A stretch of DNA of 51,167 nt from the NCBI RefSeq assembly GCF_001194135.2, contig NC_068991.1, forward strand, positions 80,754,630 through 80,805,796, read 5' to 3'. Shown here piece by piece: positions 33,335 to 47,300 of this stretch; positions within the stretch are counted from its first letter, which is position 1; every line of letters begins with the position of its first letter. A program made the translations under genes and the position numbers. The DNA comes from Octopus bimaculoides. Lineage: Eukaryota. The notes beneath the pieces are model-generated. The model was not told the DNA's origin. It ran no database searches and saw nothing but the letters and a program-made list of their open reading frames with translations.

Positions 33335-33340
33335 TTTATT
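33335..33340 (-). promoter_or_regulatory. Candidate polyadenylation signal (AATAAA) of BBOF1
   Basis: Plus-strand TTTATT about 265 nt past the stop. The region is AT-rich, so a chance match is possible. Confidence 0.35.
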
Positions 33341-33602
33341 GGCCTTTACACATTTATCTCACTTAATCACAATATTCAAGTCTATTTTTGCATTTTCTCA
33401 GATTGGTTTGGCTTCATCAGCTCTGCAGTTATACATACCTAAAAAACCAAAGATTGCTCTTATTGGCAATCTTAATGAAAAGTGACAGATGTTGCCTTGG
33501 TCAGTACAATTCCACTTCCTCAGATGTATACACACATACACAGCTAAAACTAGCAATGAATTCCCACACGAAAATACATTCTGAGACACTTTCCTTCATT
33601 TT

Positions 33603-33690
33603 TCAAGCCATTTGAATTGTTGTAATCAACTTTTTCTCCAGGCAACGATGAAATGGTGCTTGTGTCAGAAATGTTCGAGTAAAACTTTTC
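33603..33690 (-). CDS. BBOF1: BBOF1 terminal exon (KSFTRTFLTQAPFHRCLEKKLITTIQMA, stop)
   Basis: TTTTACAG acceptor; phase fits; TFLTQ motif; TGA stop. Confidence 0.75.
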
Positions 33691-35424
33691 CTGTAAAAGA
33701 CAAAAAAAGTCGACATTTTATTTTCAAAACAGTTCAGTTTGATTACTTATCATCTTCATCATTGATTTAATGTCCACTTTTCAATGCTTGCATGGGTTGG
33801 ATGAAGTTTATTTAGTCAGATATTTCCTATGGCAGCCCCCCAGCAGCCCTCAGCTATTACCAAGCAAGGAAATATTTCTCCCTAGCCAGACATATTTCCA
33901 CGGAATATTGCAAATGAATGATGCTGATTATTTGACAGATGCACATTCATTAACAACTGATCACATGGACTGCCCCTGGGGCAATCTCAGAATCATGGAA
34001 GCCCACCTTATAGACAAATTGAGACCAACCATTAACAACAGGAAGGAACTACATAAAGCAGACAGGTTGCTATAGCAATACCAGACTGACAACCAATGTT
34101 GATGTCTTTACATCCCCCATAACTTAGTGGTTCAGCAAAAAGAGCCCAATAGAATAAGCACTCGGCTTACAAAGAATAAGTCCTGGGGTCGATTTGTTTG
34201 ATTAAAGACAATGCTCCAGCATGGCCGCAGTCAAATGACTGAAACAAGTAAAAGAAAGAATAAAAGAAGCAACATCAAAGGAAAGTTAACCGGGAAGATA
34301 GCAGGTTGTGGGGCCAAGCAGATAGCAGTAATACAATGAGACTGGGCATGTGGGTGGAACACACAGGTCAGGGGCTAGCAGAGAGCAATGATACAATAAC
34401 ACAGGGCCAAGAGGACAGGATTGGGGGGTGGAAAGTAAGCATAGTGCATTTAAGCAGAAATATGAGGAAGAGAAGAGATGAAGAGACGTAGTTTAGTTTG
34501 TCGGGGTAGGGTGTATGAGAAGTTTTCTTGTTAAGTGTGGATGGGACACACAGCACTTCTAAAACTAAGTTTCACTGATGTGGGCGGGTCTTCTCAAGAA
34601 CTTCATATCACCAGGCATCTTGGTCCATGGTCAATTCCTCCGTGAAGCCCAACATCCTGAGATCGGTTCTTACCACTTCATCCCATGTCTTCCTGGGTCT
34701 CCCTCTTCCGTGGGTACCGTCCACTTTCAGTGATCAGCACTTCTTTATGCAGTTGTCCTCATTCATACGCATCACATCTCCAAACCAACGTAGTCTTCTC
34801 TCCTGCATGCTACATTTGATCCCTTTTAATGCCCAAATTCCCTCTTAATACATTTTCACTTTGCCATACATGTGCACTGATGTTGCACATCCAATGGAGC
34901 ATATTTCTCTCTAGTCTCCACATGACATCTGCATTCAGAGTCCATGTCTCACTACCATGGAGTATAGCCATTCGCTCACAAGCATCGTATAGTCTACCTT
35001 TCACTCTGAGAGAAAGAGTCATTTTGTTGCCAACAGAGGTAATGGCTCTCTGAACTTCCTCCACCCAATTCATATTCTAGAAACAATACTTTCTGAGCAT
35101 CCTCCACCATTGCTAATTTGGTTACCTTGGTAACAGAAACTATCTACAACCTCAAGAGAGCCTCCTGGGCATTTAAGAGAATCTAAGTCCCGTGTGCTCT
35201 TTGTGCTTATTGTTCCTGCACACCTACCACATACAAAGACTACTCTATCTGTTAATCTACCTGTGATTCCACTGCACCTCTCATGTGTCCATAGATTACA
35301 CTGGGTGCAGCAAATGGAATTTCTTCCAACTCCTTTCCTACATACTGAGCAGAGCCATTTACCTGACAGAAGGAGAGTTTTATCCTTTTTCTTACTAACA
35401 ACAACTTTGGTCTTAACTAGGTTA

Positions 35425-35455
<31 letters not shown>

Positions 35456-38400
35456 TTCGGTCATTCCATAAATAATACGTTTTTTTCAATTGCATGAACT
35501 TAAAGTCAGAGGGAGACAGGATAAACTACCTGCATCAACTTGCTATAAAAGAAGATAGCAATTTTACCTTGTACTTATTCTTAGTGCAAGTTTTGAATTC
35601 AATTTTAACAGTTATTTTTTCAAACCTATAACAGAAGTGACAAAGAAGCATATTTTGCTTTATGAGTTCAATAAAGACAACAATGCAATGGAAAGTGTGA
35701 GGAATATTAATGCAGTATGTGGGGACCGGACATTAAGCATAAGGCAGTGTCAAAGATGGATCCAGAAATTCCGAGACAGAAACTACAGCCTAGAAGACGA
35801 GCCTTGTCCTGGAAGATCTGTAGAGCTCGATGAGGACACCCTGCAAACCCTGGTGAACAAAAAAATCCCATTGTAACTATTGAGGAACCAGCAGACAAGC
35901 TTACATTCGGTCATTCAACCTTTCATAGGAACCTGCATGCCATTGGAAAAGTCAGCAAATTGGATCAATGGGTTCCTCACAGATTTTCCGACTCTAATCG
36001 TGCGCAAAGAGTGTGACAGATGATTAGAGATAGAACTGGATGCAATGAATATCTGCTTGCAAGATGAGAAAATCTAATTTACTTTGGATTTTCAATTGAT
36101 AAAAGCTTCTTTGGTTCCACTTTTGGAAGCAAGTTGTTGGCATTTGATGATTCTTTGTCATTTCTATTCATTCTGGAAAATAAATAACAAAGAACGCTCT
36201 CTTTTTGTTCCCATGTGAGGTCTTTTACATCTATTTGTACATCTGCAATGTTCCTGAAAGAAAAAAAGAAAGAATTTAACTACACAGACAAATATTTCAA
36301 CAAAAGGTCAACATACGAAAGACTAATGCCATGAGAAACAACAACAATAATATTATAGAGAGGAACAAACACACAAACATGGAGAGATACAAGCACGCCA
36401 AAGTTAGGGGCCAGAATAGCCATAATAGGAACAGTAGGAACGGAAGATAAGAGGAATAAGATTAACAGAGTAATAACAGTAGCAACAACTACAACAAGAA
36501 TAATGTGGCTGTGAACTACTACAGCGACAATAATGGAAACAACTATGTAAAGCAATACAAACATTACAACAGACACAAACAAGGAGAGGAGGGGAGGGTA
36601 ACCAGAGAAATGATTGGGTAGATAGATAGTAGTACAATGGATATAAATGACAGCAATGCTTTCTAGGCCCTAGTCTTCAATCCATGGAATCCATTATACG
36701 ATATGAGCCATATTCATCTGACATCCCTACCCTTCAACAGAAGAGTTTGCATCCCTCAACAGATGAATGACAAAATAGAAGCATGATTCACCATAGTCAG
36801 ATTTTAGAAGAACAATACACTGGAAGACGGAATGGTAAAGAGGCACAGCAACTTGACAAGAAGTCTGCACAGGTGGCCCGCACAAGCTCATACAGCACAC
36901 AAGAAATAGGGAGAACATATGCATCCCCGTGGAATGTCTGTAGACAGCCTGCTGGACTACATCCAGGCAATGCAACCCCACATCACCAATAGACTTAATT
37001 CATTGCCAGTTACATACACCTGGCATATGGGAGCTTTTAGCTGAGCCCTCAGAAGCAAGTATTTGAGTCAAGTAACCTGTCTGATGTCTGAGGATAGCTC
37101 GCTCACTTCATTCCACCAATTTCAGGGCCCTTAATAAGGGGTCATAAGTACTGCCTTTCCACTGTTGATTAAGTCACATTCATTTAATATCTAAATTTGA
37201 AACAAAATATTACTGTCAGGTATTAACCAGTTGACATAGATATAAAATATAGGAGGAAGACGGGGGGGGGAGAAAGAGAGAGGGTGAGAGAGAAGATGTG
37301 AGAGAGAACGGGTGAAAGAGAAAGACAGGACAAAGAGAGTGCAAAAATGAGAGAGTTATGGAGAATGAGAGAGAGATAAGAGGGTGATAAAGAGGTCAAA
37401 GCATTAAATATAGAACTTACAGCAATTTTGCTGCATCAAAATCATTGTAGACATTGTTTGTACTCGTTCCTGGTTTAGTAAACGTCCGGACTTTGGGGTG
37501 TTCTGTTTTACCATTGTTTGCTTCCAGCAATTTGTGTTGGTAGGCCTGCTTTGCTTGCTGTATATAGAGTTTCCTGTGTTGAATAGAGAGAACTCCTTTT
37601 GTAAACTGATGTTAAAAGAAATTGCCACAACATTACATCATCAATGTTGTATAACAAATTTTATCTGATACAACAACAATATTGTATGAGGTTTTAATAC
37701 GAAACAAGATCAATACCGTAAAATGTATTATACATCATCATCATCATCATCATTAATGTTCACTTTCCATGCTGAGAAGGATTTGACAGGAGCTTTCAAG
37801 CTATAGAACTGTGCCAAGCTCTACTTTGGTACGGTTTCTATGGTTGGATGCCCTTCCTAATGCTAACCACTTTACAAAGTGTACTAGGTGTTTTTTTTTT
37901 ATGTGGCATAGGCACCAGTGAGGTCACCAAATAACTTGCAAGCTGTTCCTACAATTTTCAAGGTAGTTACTAGTTGACAGAGATCATTTGTTTCCTTCTT
38001 CTTTTCATCTTTGCAATATTGTCCACTCAAGTACTCCATCATCACTCGCATTTGTTTACAGGTGCATGTTAGCTGGTTAGATTGAGTATATGCAATACTC
38101 AGCCAGGTACTCAGTTAGGTATCTTAATGAGCTTGTATGACCTCAAGTTTAGTTTAACCCTTTGAAATACACTGCTTTTGAAAATAGTGAAGAATTTCCT
38201 TAAACAGCTATCATTATTGAGCTGGTGTAAGTTGGTGAGCTCACAGAATTGTTAGTGTCAGGCAATATGACATGCAGTAGTTCTTCCAGATCTTTAATTC
38301 TGAGTTAAAATACCACTGATGTCAACATTGCCCTTTCAATATTTTCAGGGTTGATAAAATAAAGCACAATTCCAGTATGAGAGTCAAAGATATAAGCTCT

Positions 38401-41095
38401 CTCTCCTCAAGTTTACTGGCCTTGAGTCTAACACTTAAGCAAATGTTGGGAACAGAAATTAACACAAAATTTTTGGTTTTAAATGCCTTAAAAGCAAGAA
38501 AGATTGTATCAGAATCAGGGGCTGTCTGAGACAAGATGATGTCAAAAGGGTTAAGTCAGGCACCCAGGAAGTTTACCAATATAAAAGTTCAACTTTAAGT
38601 GTCTGGTTTGTGTCTTCTGCCATTTCTCTTTCGCTTTTCTCCAGGCTAATTCCACTTTGTTGAGTGATCTTTTTAATTACTGACATGTAAAACGACACTG
38701 GAGTTTCATCACATAATATTAATTAATAAAATAAGAAACCCCACAAAAAAGTAACCCCTCATGATCTTGCCAGGCTTAAATTTGTCACTTTATCATTTCA
38801 CCAGTCAAAACAGTCAGCATAAACCTTGAGCATAACTTTTTTATACCAAAATCTATGTTTTTTTTTTTTTACTCTCACTACCATAATAGCCTCTGTTCCT
38901 TAAACCTTGCTACTCTAGTACCTCCTCCATCAGGCACTCCTGACCGACTTGTCTCTTCACCTCCTGCCTCAACCTCTCACTAACTACTACTATATCCAGT
39001 CCTTCCTCCCCAGAACATTAACCCTCTGGAATCTCCTTCCTGCTCATATTTTTCTTGCAGGTGTTGACCTGCAACAGTTTAAATGTAACATTAATGGCAT
39101 TAAGCTCACCAGTCTCAGACAGTCAGCAATGGTTAAAGGACCACCAACCCTTCCTCAATATTCTGCAAAACTGGTGTGTGTGTGTGTAACAAAAATATGA
39201 ATGGAGAAAATCACATCTTTAATTTGTGATTCCATTATACAATACTGATAATCGTTTCATTATTCTTATCTACATTTTTATCTGTACTCTATTATGTTTA
39301 TATATATTTATTTGTCAATGCATATTTTTAGCCTTCATATATTTTCATATTTCTATATCTTTATATTCCGAATGTATTAATATGTTTTAGATTGGACAAC
39401 TCTATCATGATTAAATCCATATATGTATACACCAATCATAGTCTGCCTGATTTGAACCTCTTCTCTTTATCTCATGTACTTGTCTAGCATCTCAGGTTTG
39501 ACTTGAGCACTTCCATGCTTCCTATGCTTTTCAAAAGAAAATTTATAATTATATATATATATATANNNNNNNNNNAAATGAGTGAGCAATGTTATGTGGA
39601 TGTGTGTGGTGTGCAAGAAGTGAGATAGAAAGGAGCTTCTGCTAGATTCCTCGTGAGTAAGAAGCAGAGGTTTAAATTCTGGGTAGGCAGGCGTGATGGA
39701 GTGGGTGGTGTAGGCATATTATTAGCAGAAAAGTGGGTAGATAAGGTAACTGAGGTAGTCAGAGTGTGAGATAGCGTTACTAAGTTGAGACTTATCATAG
39801 GTAGATTCATCTCTGCCTATGCTCCACAGGCTGGGTTGGCTGATGATCAGGACTGATTCTATGTGGTCCTTTTGCAGACTACCTCAATGACAAATGACAG
39901 AAACTTCATTATTGTGGCCGGTGACTTTAATGGACATGTTGGGCAGCATTCTCATGGACTCCATGGTGTGCATGGTGGTTATGGATTTGGCACTAGGAAT
40001 GAGGAAGGTACAAGGCTACTTGAATTCTGTAATGCAAACGATCTTATAATCTGCAACAGTAACTTTAGAAAGCCAGCCAGCCACCTGATTACTTAGCAGT
40101 CTGGTGGGAGTATAAGCCAGGTTGATTACCTCCTCACAAAGCAAGAAGACAGGCAGATGCTCATAAATGTGAAGTCTTGCTCATGTGAAAAGTGTACACT
40201 CCAGCATAGGCTACTGGTTAGTGACTTCAAAATTAGGGCTAGAGAGACTCAAAGACATAAAGCACATAGTAGAGGCCTCTGATGATAGAGAGGAGGAGGA
40301 GGAGGAGGAGGAGGAGGAGGAGGAGGAGGAGGAGGAAGGGACATATAGCTAGCTTATAGGACAATTGGAAGTTCCTGCAGGACAATTTACTGGGGGCTGC
40401 TGACCAAATCTGTGGTTGGTGCAAAGTCCCAGCCAGCTCAAGGATGACTTGGTGGTGGAACAAGGAGGTGGACAGGAGGTAGAAGGACTGAGAAAAATGG
40501 TGGAAGCAAAGCATTATATCAGGAAGCCAGAAAGGAGGCTAGGTGACAGGTTTACATAGCAAAAGGAATAGCAGAAGGTAAGACATTTGCCAATGTTATG
40601 CAGCATGAGGATCAGAGGTATGAGGTGTTGAGGATTGCAAAACAGTGTATCAGAGAGAATAGAGATGTTTGGCAATATGAGGGTCTTGAGATGACCTGTC
40701 CATGTCAGTAAATCTGAGTGCTAGAAGTGTTGTGTCTTACCCTTTATCACACATCCTACCCCAAGAAACTGAACTACATCTTTTTTTCTTCTAAACAGCA
40801 TCTTTCGCTTTGTTAAATTTCTTCTTCATAAACTACGATTGTCTTCCAATCCATTTCCCTGCCCTCACTGTATCGCTGCATTCCCCCACCCCATTGGTTT
40901 ATGCCAGTCACTGCAATCCCCACTCCCTGATTGCTCCTTCTTGGCAACACCTGACAGCATATATTATGACCTTTGTACCTCTCTCTTCTTTACTCTACCA
41001 TCACATCTATGTTTGATCCTTGTTACTTGTGACTATACCCTGGCACTTCACCACAATCTCTCTCCTGCTCTCTCTCTTGCACTTTTGCTGTTTCA

Positions 41096-41150
<55 letters not shown>

Positions 41151-44100
41151 CCTTGCTCTTCCCTCTGGCTGGGTAGCCATGTATCTCCTCTACAGCAGTA
41201 CACCTATTTCTGCCCCTGTTCTTGATCACTCTCTCTCTCTCTCCTTCTCTTGCTTTTTCCTCTGACTAGGTAACCAAGGTAACCTTTACTAGGTAATCTT
41301 TACATCAGTACACCTATTTCTATCCCTTTCTTGTACCTCTCTTTCTCCCCCCCTCTTTTTTCTCTCGCTGGGTGGCCATGGACCTCCTCTATGGCCAAGA
41401 CACTTGTTTCTGCCTCTCTATTTCTATGAAATGCTCTAACCTTTCATCATCTGACACCAGATCACCTCCTCTAATGCCCTGTCTGTTATAGCAAGACACC
41501 TGTTTCTGCCTCTCTGTCTCTCAGTCACACTCTAACCTTTCAATCTCTGAAACAATTTCCCTCCTCAAAGCACCCCCCTCCCCTCTCAAAATTCCTTGTC
41601 TTGCGAGTTACTTGGTGACCCTACTAGTGCTGGTGTCACAAAGCCTCCAGTCCACTCTGCTGAGTGGTTGGCATTTGGAAGGACATCCAGCTGTAAAAAC
41701 GATGCCAAAACTAACCTCTGACCTTGCCTGTGCTAGGAAGGACATCCAGCTGTAAAAACGATGCCAAAACTAACCTCTAACCTTGCCTGTGCTAGGAAGG
41801 ACATCCAGCTATGAAAACCCTGCCAAAACAGACACAGTAGCCTGGAGTAGTCTTCTACTTGGACAGCTCCTATCAACCCATGCATGCATGGAAGACGGAT
41901 GTTAAGTGATGATAATGATGATGATGATGATGATGATGATATATATATATATATATATATATAAATTTTATAATTATAAGCATAATTATGCCTGGGAGAT
42001 ATATTATGGATTTAAACAACAAAAACAAGTAATAAAAAAAATGAAACAAGTTCATGTCCCAAACAGTAAACAAACAAAAATGAAAGAAACAGAAAACAAA
42101 AAAATACAAACAAATATATACACGGTAAATACTGACCGGTGAGCGGCAATTTTCTTTCTTACATAATCCAAAGATTCAGCAAAGAAAGTCTCCAGGTCAT
42201 TCCTTTGTTCCAAGACACTTCGTGCCAACCGTTTTATGTGAGACAATTCCTTAGATTTTGTTTCTATCACTTGCTGTAATTGAGTTATCTCTTGTTTGTT
42301 ACACTCTGTTTCCTTACGACATTCTACAACCAAGTCATTTTTCTTTGTCTCAAATTCTTTAACCAGGTCACTCTCTGATTTCTCCAGGTCTTCAATTCTT
42401 TGCAGCAACTAAGTTTGATAAAAAAGAAAAATGAAATTCAAACAAAAATGACTCGGTAAAGAACTTTTCTATCCTCTTCATTCCTGATTCACTGAAGTTC
42501 TATAAAGAAAAGAAAAAATAAAAGACACACTCTGCATGAATTTTTTTCAGACTCTATTTCCAGCATAATGAAATACCCCACTTCATAAAATGGGTCGGTT
42601 TGAAATGTGAACCTAAAAGTCACATGAATCAGTTGAAATGAATGTTTGCTGAAGGAAGGGTTACAAGGAAAGAAGTACCCATAGAAGTTCTCTACGATAT
42701 TTTTGATGTGCCGACTCCACAGGAAATCATCAAACCGAAGGTACCAGTATAAGAAAAGAAAGCACATGGAATTGTTGGAGGTAGTTCCAAAAGGAAAATA
42801 ATATTAAGCTCCTGAGCAAAGTAAATCTCTAGAAGGGAGACGTGGTGCGGAAAAAAAAAGATATCTATTCACTTCCAAGAGAAGTCAATCTCAAAAGGGG
42901 AGATGTTGTGGTGAAAGTCATTAACACCCCTGTGTGATTAAAAGGTGAACTCATTGAACTCTTATTAAGAGTAATGTGGCTCGTTGAGACAGGAAGAAGA
43001 TGTTGGAGTGTTGCATGCTGGTAGTTAGAAGTTACCTCTGTGAATAGACTACTTTACCCCTGCTTTGTTAAAATCATATATCCTCAACCAAGGATACAAC
43101 AAAACTATTAAATGATAAAAAATAACAAAGAAAGGAAAGATTTTTAGTAGCGATTACTGTCTGGAAAGCACATCTGGGACATTTAAAACCACAGATTAAA
43201 ATTGTTTCAGAAATTAAAAGCTTCCTCCATTGATTTGAAATGTGGAAAAGGAAATAATTTAGAAAAGTTTGACAAAAGCAGAGAAATTCCAACATATGAG
43301 ACAGTTATTCCAAAAAATCATCTTATTATCTTTTATGTTTCTTCAAAACTTTTAGCATTTTGATTAAAGACTACTTAAATTTTAAACTTAAATCTTTAAA
43401 TTATTTATTTTTCATTTCAAAATTATTAATGATTATTAATTATAAGCATTAAGAGCATTTATTAAAAGGTATGTCAATTTGTTTTAATTTACCAGATTGC
43501 CCTTGGCTCCTCCAACTAAGAAGAATTACTGACAGTATTTCGTTGAATATTTGTCTTATGGTTTTATTCCATTGCCACAGTATATAGCAAAACCAATGTG
43601 TCTCGTATGTATGAATGTACTGTCAAGTGATAGTGTAGTGACACCTTATAGCAGACGACTGTTATATGTTCAATGTCCGGAGTTTTATCCACGCATGCGC
43701 AGGGACTAGTTCCGGAAGGAATACAGGAAGAGTCTCATGCGCATGCGTAGAGTTCGACACCCAGCTTTGGCGCCTTTTCTCAGTCTCTTCGTTGACTGAT
43801 CTCCGTCGAGCCAAGACGTCCAACAGAGCTCTCTCACATGTCAGCACCAGAGCTTCACAAATAACCACGGAAATCATTCAGAAGGCGTCTCAGTAACCGA
43901 GGGCGACGAGCTACCGAATTCCCTCCAAGCGTGAACTGAATTTCACTGTAAATAAATATTGTTATGTTGTTCAGAATCTGCGTTCCAGTGTTTCTTCTAG
44001 AAATTTAATGTACGGAAGCGGTGTACACCTAATGGTGTATAACCACTTCCCTACAATAGCATGAAACCAGCTAAGCTTAAAATCCATTCGGAGACCAAGC

Positions 44101-44353
44101 ATAAAAACAAGAAACACAATTCAGTTGAATATTTTAGAAAACTATGCAATGAATTTCAAGCAAGGAAAATGGCAAAGTCAATAAGATTGACCCCAGTGCT
44201 CAACTGCTAATTATTTCATTGATCTCAAAAGGATGAAAAGCAAAATTAACCTTAGTGGAATTTTGAACTCATAACATAAAGACAGGTGAAATGCCACTAA
44301 GCATTTGGTTTTGCATGCTAGCAATTCTGCCAGCTCACCACCCTAACAAATGA

Positions 44354-44395
<42 letters not shown>

Positions 44396-47300
44396 GTAAT
44401 AACTGGAACGACTCATGTACTGAGAAGAGAATTATCGCTGTGAAAACAACGTCCATTCATGAATTTATTTATTTATTAATTTTTTTTTAAATACATATTT
44501 TACCTGTGAATTTGCATGTGTAAACTGGGAATGCATACAATGAGTTTCTCTGCCCTAGGTGTATGGAAAACACTCGGCGAGAAATGGAAGAAAATTTGAA
44601 GAAAGAAGGAAAAAAAGAAACATAATAATAATAATAATACTAAATGCTTACCTCTACATTCTCAGTTTTGTAGTTCTTCACTTCTTTAACTTTCTTATGT
44701 AATAGAAACTTTTGTTCTTTCAGTTCCTGCTTTACAAACTCATATTTTTTGACAAATTTGTTGTTAGACTGTCTAAGGCTTTCAATATCCTTTATATGTG
44801 TCAACAGGGCTTCGGAAAGTCTGGCATTCTCTTGATAAATTTGCTTTGTAATATCGTTCAGATTCCTATAAAGGTTAACAAGAAATTTTCAAGCTAATGA
44901 GAGAGCATCAATATGGTCACTTGATCTTTCAGAAATAGCAGCCAAATCTCCTACATTAGAAAATAAAAAATTTTACTTAAAATCCTTCAAATGTGGTCTG
45001 GAACTAAGTTGGCATTGAGGAATAAAACGTCTGATGATGATTCGATATCAGATTGATAAACTGATCAAAATGTAAACTTGAAATAAATAATGAAAATAGT
45101 GCTCAGCTCAGTGTAGGTGTGGCTAGGCACATGTGAAGACACGGTTAGAGGTAGGCATCACTAGATACAGGTATGGACAGAAGCTGATGCTAGCATGGTT
45201 AGGGACAAGTATGAACAGGTACAGGTATAGCATAGATGCATTTGTTAAGAAGTTCACTTCTCAACCACATGGTCCCACTGTGTGGAACCTTAGGCAAAGG
45301 TCTTTTAAGATAACATCACATGAACAAATGCCTTGTGAATGATATTTGGTAATCAGAAACTGAACAGAAGCCTGTTTGTTATGCATGCATGCACCGGTGC
45401 CGCCGCCGCCGCCGCCACCACCACCACCACCACCACCACTTCTAGTAATGTCATTTACTGCATCACCAGCTCTCTCTGCCCTTCCCTGTACATCAGACAA
45501 TCAGTACGTCACTTGGCTGACTGGTTTACAGAGCACCTCAGAGACATCAGACTCAGCAATGACATCCCACTTCTCACACCATTTCCATTCTACTAGTCAT
45601 TTGCTACAATATCTGTCTGTGTTTGAACTGTCTTTTCACGGGGACTCCCGCCTTTGCTGTGAACAGGAATTAACCTTTTATCTTCACTCCTTTGTGCCTT
45701 ATGGGCTCAACTCACCTCCTCTCTTCATCTGACACCAACCCCACACCACTCCACGCACACTAGCACTGACCACTTCCCAGCACCCACACCATCATCCACA
45801 CACAGTCTTCAATAGCATCACCACACACACCACTATATGAGCAGCCACACACACTGTACACACACCATCATGTAGCTCCCATCCCACATAAGCACATAAT
45901 ACCTGAACACAGGCTACATATACATACACACGCAACACACATTAACACACATAGACAAAGATAACTTTCGGCCACATATATACACCATACACACTGTTTG
46001 GCCACACACACACACCACATGAAAAAATCACACATCAACTGCTACATACAACATACACACGTTACACCTGCACACACTAAATCTTTATTATAGGGACTAA
46101 GGCCTCATTACAAAGAAGGGGGACAATACAATACAGAACATGGGGTACATAAAACGAATGATGAATGAAATGAGTAACTTACAGTGTGATGATGGAATGG
46201 CTTACGAGTCCCCCAAAACTCGCAGTTTCATTTAACAGTTTTCTTATACAGTTTATTATCGTTTATGATTCTTTCACGATTATATGTGGCCTCAATTCCT
46301 CCGTTGTTACGACGCTTGGCAAAGTGTTGCAACCCACATACAATCCACTTAGTTTGAAATCAAATCTGTTCATTTGTAGCAGTTTGTTCTTTATACGTTC
46401 CTCCACCACTATTGCTTTTGTTCCTTCTGCACACCTGCACACACGTCAGTCACTCACTCCTATTCACACACATACACATAATATTCTCACTTACACACGC
46501 ACACGCATGTGTACCTTTTCTAGTTGAGATCACTATCACTTTATTATCTCCCTTTCATTCAACCTTTAAAATGGGAAGTTTGTATCATAGATGCAGGGAT
46601 GGTCTCAGGCAGCCTGATAATGAAATGGTTAACCCTTTGGCATTCACATTACTCTGTCGCATGTAATGCTTATCTGTTCACATTGTTTTGAATTAATTTA
46701 TGGCCTATATTGTAGCTTCCATATTTTTGTGATGTGATTGTTCACTTTTAGAATGATATAGTAGGTTACTAGTTAAAGGCCAAATCTGACTAATATAAAC
46801 ATAAAACAAGTCGAATATCCTGACTGGATACAGCCAGTTTAAATGTTAAACTGTTAATCTTGTTAACCCTTCCATGAGCTATAAACAACTAGACCACTCC
46901 ATCTCCCTCTACAAGTAAGTTAATGAATTCATCATCATCATCATCATCATCGTTTAACGTCTGCTTTCCATGCTAGCATGGGTTGGACGATTTGACTGAG
47001 GACTGGTGAAACTGGATGGCAACACCAGGCTCCAATCTAAATTTGGCAGAGTTTCTACAGCTGGATGCCCTTCCTAACGCCAACCACTTAGAGAGTGTAG
47101 TAGGTGCTTTTACGTGTCACCTGCATGAAGGCCAGTCAGGCGATACTGGCAATGGCCACGCTCGAAATGGTGTCTTTTATGTGCCACCTGCACAAGNNNN
47201 NNNNNNNNNNNNNNNNNNNNNNNNNNNNNNNNNNNNNNNNNNNNNNNNNNNNNNNNNNNNNNNNNNNNNNNNNNNNNNNNNNNNNNNNNNNNNNNNNNNN

